A DNA stretch of 25,200 bases, taken from a virus. Its lineage: Duplodnaviria; Caudoviricetes. Positions 1 through 6,556 of this stretch are shown here, piece by piece; the stretch's first letter is position 1, and the number at the start of each line of letters is the position of its first letter. A program made the position numbers and the translations under genes. The notes under the pieces are model-generated. The model was not told where the DNA came from. It was given only the letters and a program-made list of their open reading frames with translations, and searched no databases. Location of the stretch: positions 1-25,200 of IMG/VR virus record IMGVR_UViG_3300032277_000071; one strand, written 5' to 3'.

Positions 1-1
1 G

Positions 2-385
2 TTAAAAATAGCAGGAAACGTTACAGGAATAGAAGCCTTAGAGGTTTTAGCATCTAAAATTGGTGCTGATGAAAAACTAAGTGAAACAGATAAACAACTT
101 TTATTAGAAGAGTTAAACTTTGATAAAATAGAAATGCAAGAAACCACAAAAAGGTGGGTTTCAGATAACAATACAGATAGTTACTTAACACGCAATATAA
201 GACCCTTAACACTAGCCTTTTTAACCGCTACACTATTTATCTATATTATATTAGATAGTTCTTTAGAGGGTTTTAAAATAGCCTCAGATTGGATTGACTT
301 ACTTAGTTCTTTATTACTTTTGGTTTATGGAGGTTATTTTGGGATGCGTTCTGCAGAGAAGATAACTAAGCACTGGAAAAAATAA
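2..385 (+). CDS. Holin-like membrane protein (3TM/GTA-holin type), 5'-truncated by window edge
   Basis: Frame of ORF 134..385 is open back to base 2 (LKIAGNVTGIEALEVL...). W-x-x-D...RNIRP motif followed by two hydrophobic helices, GGYFGMRS-AEK and a basic C-terminus. Confidence 0.7.
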   Translation, partial: LKIAGNVTGIEALEVLASKIGADEKLSETDKQLLLEELNFDKIEMQETTKRWVSDNNTDSYLTRNIRPLTLAFLTATLFIYIILDSSLEGFKIASDWIDLLSSLLLLVYGGYFGMRSAEKITKHWKK

Positions 386-420
386 ATAGTTTTTTACTTT
401 TTTTTCTAAAATAAAATATA

Positions 421-428
421 TAACTTTG
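421..428 (+). promoter_or_regulatory. Bacteroidota sigma70 -7 element (TAACTTTG) upstream of the ninG-like gene
   Basis: Exact TAnnTTTG match in the 386-552 intergenic gap. Confidence 0.55.
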
Positions 429-552
429 AATTTTTTATTAAAACTAGACATTTAGTTAAATGTTTTGTTGCCCTTAAAGGCATAAAAAACAAATACAAAA
501 TAAATAGATATAAAAAGTTAAATAAAATATAAGACTTAGGGGAACTAATCAA

Positions 553-948
553 ATGGCAAAAAGAACACAGCGCAAAAAATTAGTAGATAAACTAGATAAG
601 ATTTTTAGTGTATATATAAGACGTAGATACGCTAAGAATGATATAGCTGAATGTTTTACTTGTGGCAAAAAAGACCATTGGAAGAAGCTACAAAACGGAC
701 ATTTTCAAAGCCGTAAACACTACTCTACTAGGTGGCACGAAAAAAATTGCCAAGTTCAATGTGCAGGGTGTAATGTGTTTAGGTATGGGGAACAGTATAA
801 ATTTTCTAAGAACTTAGATAATACTTATTATGATGGTTTAGCAGAAGAATTACACATAGAAGCTAATAAAACTGTTAAGCTAGATAATACAGATTTAGAA
901 ATGTTAATAGAAAAATACGAAATGTTAATTAAAGAACTAGATACTTAA
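553..948 (+). CDS. ninG: NinG/Rap-family recombination endonuclease (HNH-like, zinc-binding)
   Basis: LDKIFSVYIRRR, CFTCG, NGHFQSR, TRWHEKNCQVQCAGCN match the NinG pattern. Confidence 0.85.
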   Translation: MAKRTQRKKLVDKLDKIFSVYIRRRYAKNDIAECFTCGKKDHWKKLQNGHFQSRKHYSTRWHEKNCQVQCAGCNVFRYGEQYKFSKNLDNTYYDGLAEELHIEANKTVKLDNTDLEMLIEKYEMLIKELDT

Positions 949-950
949 TG

Positions 951-958
951 TATATTTG
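951..958 (+). promoter_or_regulatory. Bacteroidota -7 promoter element (TATATTTG) driving a putative small RNA
   Basis: Exact TAnnTTTG right after the ninG stop. Only about 70 non-coding nt lie between it and a terminator. Confidence 0.6.
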
Positions 959-962
959 TAAA

Positions 963-1030
963 GTATTGTTTTTGTTTTAATATCGGTTGTAATAACCAGA
1001 AGAAGCCACCTTTAAAAGGGTGGTTTTTTT
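963..1030 (+). ncRNA. Putative antisense small RNA (U-rich 5' seed, small hairpin, terminator hairpin)
   Basis: Bounded by promoter 951-958 and terminator 1003-1030, with no ORF. 963-983 is complementary to leaders at 1086-1104, 2206-2215, 3082-3092, 5772-5788, 6419-6428. The 5' end is inferred. Confidence 0.55.
1003..1030 (+). terminator. Rho-independent terminator
   Basis: GCCACCTT-TAAA-AGGGTGGT stem-loop followed by a T run. Confidence 0.85.
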
Positions 1031-1072
1031 GTTTATAATGTTTTTATATTTTTTTTATTGAATTATTTTTTT

Positions 1073-1080
1073 TATATTTG
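1073..1080 (+). promoter_or_regulatory. Early promoter -7 element (TATATTTG)
   Basis: Exact TAnnTTTG, downstream of a terminator and 27 nt before ATG 1108. Confidence 0.7.
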
Positions 1081-1107
1081 CCATAATATTAATTAAAACA
1101 ATACATT

Positions 1108-1308
1108 ATGAATTTATTTGAAAGATTAAAACCAGAGTACAAAGACAAATTAGAAACAGGTAACACTAAACACCCTGCTTTAGTTGGCTATGCAGTAGAC
1201 CAGTTAGAGATGTACGAATATGTTAGGGATATGCCTTATGGCTTAGTAACAGACTTAAAATTCTTACTAGAGGTAGATAACCCACACGAACTATTTAAAG
1301 AGCTATAA
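1108..1308 (+). CDS. Hypothetical early protein, 66 aa
   Basis: ORF with promoter and A-rich leader; no recognisable motif. Confidence 0.7.
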   Translation: MNLFERLKPEYKDKLETGNTKHPALVGYAVDQLEMYEYVRDMPYGLVTDLKFLLEVDNPHELFKEL

Positions 1309-1309
1309 T

Positions 1310-1444
1310 ATGACTTATTCAGAAGATGTAAACAGGGCAGCATCAGTAGATACAATAGACTTTTTAAACGCTCGTATAGATGCCTTACAGAAACGAGTAG
1401 AATTTTTAGAAGCATTAAACGAAATTAACAACAAAAATAAATAA
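1310..1444 (+). CDS. Small coiled-coil protein, 44 aa (MTYSEDVNRAASVDTIDFLNARIDALQKRVEFLEALNEINNKNK), absent from ORF track
   Basis: Exactly fills the gap between 1308 and 1446 with 1-nt spacers; heptad pattern. Confidence 0.7.
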   Translation: MTYSEDVNRAASVDTIDFLNARIDALQKRVEFLEALNEINNKNK

Positions 1445-1445
1445 T

Positions 1446-1838
1446 ATGAACAAAGAAAAATTAACAGAGTTATACAAAGAGTATAAACTAGAAAAAGAAG
1501 ATGTATTTAAACATCAACACTATTTGATAATTACTAGAAGCGGTATTGATAAAATACAAGCCGTAGCTAAAATTCAAATTACTTATGAAGTAGTAAGGTG
1601 CGAACCAAACTTTGCAGTATTTAAAGCCATAGCACATAAAGGTTCTGCAACTATTGAAACCTTTGGAAGTGCTTTAAAAGGTGACAACTACAAAGACAGT
1701 TCTACAAATAGTTGGTACGTTGCTGAAATGGCAGAGAAACGAGCAATGAGTAGAGCAGTTCTTAAACTTACAGGGTTTTATGAGCAAGGCGTATTCGGAG
1801 AAGATGAAAGCGAAAGTTTTAAAAATAATAATAAATAA
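1446..1838 (+). CDS. Putative ssDNA-annealing protein (Rad52/Sak-like fold)
   Basis: TFGSA...AEMAEKRAMSRAVLKL.G helix resembles annealase motifs; adjacent to SSB-like gene. Confidence 0.45.
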   Translation: MNKEKLTELYKEYKLEKEDVFKHQHYLIITRSGIDKIQAVAKIQITYEVVRCEPNFAVFKAIAHKGSATIETFGSALKGDNYKDSSTNSWYVAEMAEKRAMSRAVLKLTGFYEQGVFGEDESESFKNNNK

Positions 1839-1862
1839 TAACAATTAAAAACAAGTAAAATT

Positions 1863-2162
1863 ATGGGAGCAATTATTAACTACAGTTTAAGAGTAGACAA
1901 ATTACCAAAGGAGAAATTTATCGCTGGAAAGGACAATGCGGTTTATGTAAACCTTACAATGAGTGTAAATGATGAAACACGTTACGGTAATAACGCATCA
2001 ATTATGATTAGCCAAACACAAGAAGAACGAGAGGCTAAGAAACCAAGAACCTACATAGGCAACGGTCAAGTGGTTTGGACTGATGGAAACATTGTAAAAG
2101 CTGAACGTGAAGAAGCTAAAGAAGTGGTTCAAGAAGCTGAAACAAGCGACTTACCATTTTAA
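1863..2162 (+). CDS. Single-stranded DNA-binding protein-like
   Basis: Beta-rich ~80 aa core with acidic tail ending SDLPF, like the SSB C-terminal peptide. Confidence 0.65.
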   Translation: MGAIINYSLRVDKLPKEKFIAGKDNAVYVNLTMSVNDETRYGNNASIMISQTQEEREAKKPRTYIGNGQVVWTDGNIVKAEREEAKEVVQEAETSDLPF

Positions 2163-2168
2163 CTAACT

Positions 2169-2194
2169 AGGGCGGTGTAATAACCGCCTTTTTT
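2169..2194 (+). terminator. Rho-independent terminator
   Basis: GGCGGT-GTAATA-ACCGCC followed by T6. Confidence 0.85.
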
Positions 2195-2196
2195 AT

Positions 2197-2204
2197 TACC
2201 TTTA
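2197..2204 (+). promoter_or_regulatory. Possible -7 promoter element (TACCTTTA, one mismatch)
   Basis: TAnnTTT(A) immediately after the terminator, 17 nt before ATG 2222. Confidence 0.4.
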
Positions 2205-2221
2205 CAAAACAATACAAAACA

Positions 2222-3103
2222 ATGAAAGAGATAACAGAAGAACAGACTACACATAATATGCTTATGGAGTTGATAGCAGAAGAATGCACTATCGACACAT
2301 CAGAGATTATGGAGTACCCTCCAACAGCATTAAGTTTAGGGGAGAAAACTATACAGGCAAAAGGTGGAGATATTACAATGCCTATTCCAATTGGAACTTA
2401 TGGTAATTTCAGCTTCGTACAAGCACCCCCAAAGAGCAAGAAAACGTTTTTTGTTAGTTTACTAGCATCAGTTTATTTAAGTGGTGGTAATAACTTTGGA
2501 GGCAAAATTAAAGGTCATAGAGATGGTAGGTGTTTAATGCACTTTGATACAGAGCAAGGACACTGGCACGCACAACGAGTTTTTAAGCGTGTGCAGGATA
2601 TGAGTAACACTAAAGAGGTGGGTTGTTACCATACTTATGCACTTAGAACAATAGGATATAAAGAACGGTTACAATTTATAGAACACTGTTTAGAGCAAAA
2701 TAAAGGTAAAAACGGTTTAGTTATTATAGATGGTATTGCTGATTTAGTTAGTGACGTTAATAATTTAGAAGAATCAAATTTATGTGTTCAGAAAATAATG
2801 CAACTATCTGCAAAATACGATTGCCACATAGTAACGGTAATACATAGTAATTACGGAAGTGACAAGCCAACTGGACACTTAGGTAGCTTCTTAGAGAAAA
2901 AAACAGAAAACCAAATACAGCTTGAAGTAAATACAGTAAATAAAGAATGGATAACAGTAAGCTGCAAACGTTCCAGAGGTTATGCTTTTGAAACGTTTAG
3001 CTTTAGCATTAATGAGTTCGGATTGCCTTTTGTAGTAGGTGAAATATATGACCCATTAGAATACTTTGTACCTAGAACACTAACAAAAACAACGACACAA
3101 TGA
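2222..3103 (+). CDS. RecA-fold P-loop ATPase, RepA/AAA_25-like putative replicative helicase
   Basis: Variant Walker A APPKSKKT, HFDTEQG, Walker B LVIIDG, VIH...KPTGHLGS motif. Confidence 0.75.
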   Translation: MKEITEEQTTHNMLMELIAEECTIDTSEIMEYPPTALSLGEKTIQAKGGDITMPIPIGTYGNFSFVQAPPKSKKTFFVSLLASVYLSGGNNFGGKIKGHRDGRCLMHFDTEQGHWHAQRVFKRVQDMSNTKEVGCYHTYALRTIGYKERLQFIEHCLEQNKGKNGLVIIDGIADLVSDVNNLEESNLCVQKIMQLSAKYDCHIVTVIHSNYGSDKPTGHLGSFLEKKTENQIQLEVNTVNKEWITVSCKRSRGYAFETFSFSINEFGLPFVVGEIYDPLEYFVPRTLTKTTTQ

Positions 3104-3945
3104 AAACAGTAAACAGTTTAAGCGGTGGTAAAACATCAAGTTATATAGCAGCTAATTACCCAGCAGATTATAATGTATTTTCTTTAGTTAGAACAGATGA
3201 TAAAAAATGTATGTTCCCAGATGCTAAAATAAGACAACAAGTAAGTGATAGGTTAGGCACTGAATTTATAGGTACTTTAGAAGATGATACTATTATCTAC
3301 ACTATGTTAGATTTAGAACAGTTTATAGGTAGTAAAATCGACTGGGTAACTGGTAAGACATTTGATAATACAATTATAAAAACAAAAAAAGGAACTAAAT
3401 ATTTGCCCAATAAAATGGCTAGGTATTGCACAACAGAATTAAAAACAATGCCAATTCTTTATTGGATTTATGACGAAATAAAAGAACCAGTGATTATGCG
3501 TTTTGGGTATCGTGCAAACGAAACAAGACGAGCAATTAAGATGATGGATAAAACAGATAATGAGGGATACACTAAAGTTAAAGCTACTTTTACAACTTTA
3601 AAAGACGGTAGAAACTCTTGGGGTGAGTATAAATATTGTAAACCAGAATTTCCATTAATAAGCGATAATATTTACAAAGATACTATTGAAGAGTTTTGGA
3701 ATGATAAGCCTGTTAGGTTTGCGTATATGAATAACTGTGTAGGTTGCTGGTGGCGTAGTCCTTTGTTATTAAAGAAAATGCACAATAAACACCCAGAAAA
3801 AATGCAATGGTTTTCAGACCAAGAAACAAGTAAAAGCAAGTGGAGAAGTGATGTAAAATATAGTGAAATTTTAAAATGGAAAACACAAACAGAATTATTT
3901 GATGATGACTTTAACGAATGCGACAGTGGATATTGTGGCTTATAA
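3100..3945 (+). CDS. PAPS-reductase-family (PP-loop adenine nucleotide alpha hydrolase) protein
   Basis: N-terminal SLSGGKTS PP-loop, RYCTTELK, FGYRANE, NCVGC, C-terminal CDSGYCG. Confidence 0.8.
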   Translation: MKTVNSLSGGKTSSYIAANYPADYNVFSLVRTDDKKCMFPDAKIRQQVSDRLGTEFIGTLEDDTIIYTMLDLEQFIGSKIDWVTGKTFDNTIIKTKKGTKYLPNKMARYCTTELKTMPILYWIYDEIKEPVIMRFGYRANETRRAIKMMDKTDNEGYTKVKATFTTLKDGRNSWGEYKYCKPEFPLISDNIYKDTIEEFWNDKPVRFAYMNNCVGCWWRSPLLLKKMHNKHPEKMQWFSDQETSKSKWRSDVKYSEILKWKTQTELFDDDFNECDSGYCGL

Positions 3946-3954
3946 AATAAATAA

Positions 3955-4446
3955 ATGACACCAATTTTAGAACTAGCTTATAAAAAGCATAGCGACTGGA
4001 ATAACATAGTAAAGAGTTTCGGCTGCAACCCCTCAATGAGTGAGGACGTTGTGCAGGAGATGTACATACAGCTTGATGCTGATGTAAAAAAAGGTTTAGA
4101 CCTTTACTATAAAGACCAGATTAACCACTATTATTGCTATAAAGTTCTAAGAGGTATTTACACAAATTTATATAAGTCAAGCCTAAGACAAAAGAAAGTT
4201 TATTTAGAAGATATAAACGAACTAAAAGAAATACAAGAAAGCGGTATAGATGAGAAAGAATGGGCAAAGCAGCGAGATAAAATAGATAGTATTTTAAACG
4301 AGATGTACTGGTATGATAAGAAGATATTTGAAATAGTTTCTAAGGGTGTAAGCGTTGCGGAGCTAAGCAGGAACACAAAAATAAGTTATTATTCGCTTTA
4401 CAATACATATACAAACGCAAAGAAACATATAAAAAATAAGTTATGA
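3955..4446 (+). CDS. ECF-like RNA polymerase sigma factor
   Basis: 163 aa. Region-2-like SEDVVQEMYIQL; region-4-like HTH GVSVAELSRNTKISYYSLYNTY. Confidence 0.7.
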   Translation: MTPILELAYKKHSDWNNIVKSFGCNPSMSEDVVQEMYIQLDADVKKGLDLYYKDQINHYYCYKVLRGIYTNLYKSSLRQKKVYLEDINELKEIQESGIDEKEWAKQRDKIDSILNEMYWYDKKIFEIVSKGVSVAELSRNTKISYYSLYNTYTNAKKHIKNKL

Positions 4447-4928
4447 TTAAATTTAACTTCCCTAGTTCATTCTGGTTAATTGCTGAGCAAATTGGATATG
4501 CTAGAGGCGTAATGAATAAAGAAAACAATAAAATTAATAAAAGGTTTGATAGAGGTATTAAAAACAAACAGGTTGATGTTTTAGGAGTTTTAGGTGAGTT
4601 AATAGCAATAGAGTATTTAAGTCAAAAAAACATAGATTTTAATTTAGCAAATCTATTAGATTTTAAATCAAGCAAGAACCCTGATTTTACATTAAAAGGT
4701 AAGAGAATAGATGTTAAAACTAATAAATACACTAAATATTCCCACTTACTTGTAAACGAAGAAGCGCACAAAAAAGGTTTAAATAAAATAGATTTATACT
4801 GGTTTGTTTATATTATAGATAAAAATACTGCTGAGTTTTATTTTATTGATTATAGCGATGTAAGTCAATGGGATTGTAAACTTATGAAATACACAAATGC
4901 ATTTTACATTAAAAGAGAAAACTTATGA
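4443..4928 (+). CDS. PD-(D/E)XK superfamily nuclease
   Basis: GVLGE helix followed by PDFTLKGKRIDVKT. Confidence 0.65.
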   Translation: MIKFNFPSSFWLIAEQIGYARGVMNKENNKINKRFDRGIKNKQVDVLGVLGELIAIEYLSQKNIDFNLANLLDFKSSKNPDFTLKGKRIDVKTNKYTKYSHLLVNEEAHKKGLNKIDLYWFVYIIDKNTAEFYFIDYSDVSQWDCKLMKYTNAFYIKRENL

Positions 4929-5068
4929 GACTAGGAGATTTAGTATACTACATTACTTACTATACAGGGATACATTGGTTAGTAAAAAAGATTAGCAAGG
5001 CACTAGATAAAGATTGCGGTTGCGACCAAAGGCGTGAGGATTGGAACGATATAAATATAGAGCTATGA
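4925..5068 (+). CDS. Small CxC protein, 47 aa (MRLGDLVYYITYYTGIHWLVKKISKALDKDCGCDQRREDWNDINIEL), absent from ORF track
   Basis: ATGA overlaps at both ends (4925-4928 and 5065-5068). Confidence 0.75.
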   Translation: MRLGDLVYYITYYTGIHWLVKKISKALDKDCGCDQRREDWNDINIEL

Positions 5069-5265
5069 GAATAGAAGACCAAGATGCTTGGGTAGACTTT
5101 AAAGCAAATGTAACCACAAAGCTAACAAAAGACCAGTACAGGCTTTTATGCACGTTACACGCTAGGTATTATAATCACAGATATTATGAGCCTTGTAGCT
5201 GTAAACCAAAAATATTAGTAATGTGGATAAAAGATTTAGATAACATATATAACAAAATTAAATGA
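5065..5265 (+). CDS. Small protein with H..YY..H..PCSC motif, 66 aa
   Basis: ATG 5065 overlaps the upstream stop (ATGA) and is preferred over TTG 5041. Confidence 0.7.
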   Translation: MRIEDQDAWVDFKANVTTKLTKDQYRLLCTLHARYYNHRYYEPCSCKPKILVMWIKDLDNIYNKIK

Positions 5266-5732
5266 TAGAGAAAATACATAACTGGGAGAAAGCAGTCGTA
5301 ACGCTTTTAAACCTTGACGGTTGGAACTTAACCCATACAGGTAAAGGGAGTGAAAGCTGGGACGCCACAGGCACAACCCCAAAGGGACAGGAGTGTGTTA
5401 TAGAGATGAAATTTAGAAATAAATACTATGATACTAAAATACTAGAGAAGTTCAAGCACGATAAGTTGATTGAGACAGGTAAAGTAGCTTTATACTTAGT
5501 TAATGACCCTAAAGGTAACTATATGTTCTGGCTAAATAACTTAGAGGGTTTAAAGACTAAAGATATATACTGTCCTGATACTACACTATGGAATAATAAA
5601 AAAGTATTAAAGCCTTGTTATCTGTTAAATGAAACAGATGCAGCAATAATAAACTTAAACGAAGAAGTTAAAAGCGGTGTTTGGGATAGCTATTTTAAGA
5701 CAAAAGAAAAAATAAATAAAAAAAATAGTTAA
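5262..5732 (+). CDS. PD-(D/E)XK superfamily nuclease-like protein
   Basis: E helix, WDA...VIEMKFR catalytic pattern, ILEKFK. Confidence 0.6.
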   Translation: MIEKIHNWEKAVVTLLNLDGWNLTHTGKGSESWDATGTTPKGQECVIEMKFRNKYYDTKILEKFKHDKLIETGKVALYLVNDPKGNYMFWLNNLEGLKTKDIYCPDTTLWNNKKVLKPCYLLNETDAAIINLNEEVKSGVWDSYFKTKEKINKKNS

Positions 5733-5735
5733 TTA

Positions 5736-5768
5736 TTTGTTTATAACTAAAATAAAGTTGTATATTGC
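5736..5768 (+). promoter_or_regulatory. Early promoter: -33 TTTG (5736-5739) and -7 TATATTGC (5761-5768)
   Basis: 21-nt spacing fits the Bacteroidota consensus. The downstream leader resembles that of promoter 1073. Confidence 0.6.
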
Positions 5769-5779
5769 GGTATATTAAT

Positions 5780-5978
5780 AAAACAAACATTATGAATTAT
5801 CCAAAGACGATTAGAGTAGCATATTTTAAAGATGGTGTTGATAAAAGAGACAATTTCAACGAATGGTATGTTATACAAGAAAAAGTAAACAATCAGATTG
5901 AAGAGAATACATTTTATGAAAGCCTTAATCACGAAGCTAACGTTAATATAGATATTTTTTAAAAACAAACATTATGAA
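5780..5978 (+). repeat. 17-bp direct repeat AAAACAAACATTATGAA at 5780-5796 and 5962-5978
   Basis: Identical copies covering the start codons of two consecutive genes. Confidence 0.85.
5792..5962 (+). CDS. Hypothetical protein, 56 aa
   Basis: ATG 5792 lies downstream of the promoter and within the repeated leader. TTG 5765 falls inside the promoter itself. Confidence 0.6.
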   Translation: MNYPKTIRVAYFKDGVDKRDNFNEWYVIQEKVNNQIEENTFYESLNHEANVNIDIF

Positions 5979-6162
5979 AAAGACAAAAACAGGACTACAC
6001 ATTGACGTAAAAGGTAAGCGTATTGAAGTTTACACTAAGAGAGATTTAAAACAAAGAGAGATAGAACTACAAAACAAGCGCGAACTAATTATAACAGCAT
6101 CGCTTATAGTATTAGCATCTTTATTAGTTACTTTAGGTTTTATAATTGGAATATCTAGCTAA
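5974..6162 (+). CDS. Small protein with C-terminal transmembrane helix
   Basis: Basic N-terminus, hydrophobic LIITASLIVLASLLVTLGFIIGI. Confidence 0.7.
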   Translation: MKKTKTGLHIDVKGKRIEVYTKRDLKQREIELQNKRELIITASLIVLASLLVTLGFIIGISS

Positions 6163-6437
6163 TGACTTTACTACAAAAACAGTCGTATAATCTCTGGTTT
6201 AATCACATAGCTGATTTAGTTATGGAATGGAGTAAACAAAAACCTGCAAATACAGATTTAAAAAATATGGTGCAGGGAATGACAGAGATAGGGCAATATG
6301 TAAACGCTTTAACTGTTGAAAACAGCGTACTAACAAAACGTATAGTACTTATACGAGAAGAAAAAAACAAAACGCTTATAGACTTAAATAAGCAAATAGA
6401 AGATTTAGAAAACAAATTAAAACAATACAAAATATGA
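6162..6437 (+). CDS. Hypothetical coiled-coil protein
   Basis: TAATG overlap with upstream gene; C-terminal heptads. Confidence 0.7.
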   Translation: MTLLQKQSYNLWFNHIADLVMEWSKQKPANTDLKNMVQGMTEIGQYVNALTVENSVLTKRIVLIREEKNKTLIDLNKQIEDLENKLKQYKI

Positions 6438-6556
6438 GTTGGTTAGATAGTTATATAGATGAACCAGATACAAAGACAGAGTGTGCCTGTTGTGGTTCTG
6501 AAACAAACGGAGATTATTATTGTTCAGTTGAATGCTTTAATTTAGATTTAGAATGA
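6434..6556 (+). CDS. Zinc-finger-like microprotein, 40 aa (MSWLDSYIDEPDTKTECACCGSETNGDYYCSVECFNLDLE), absent from ORF track
   Basis: ATGA overlaps at both ends; CxxCG...YCSxxC pattern. Confidence 0.75.
   Translation: MSWLDSYIDEPDTKTECACCGSETNGDYYCSVECFNLDLE

Noticed and set aside
5222-5230. Perfect DnaA box TGTGGATAA
   Set aside because: Single copy inside coding sequence (Met-Trp-Ile-Lys codons); no cluster.
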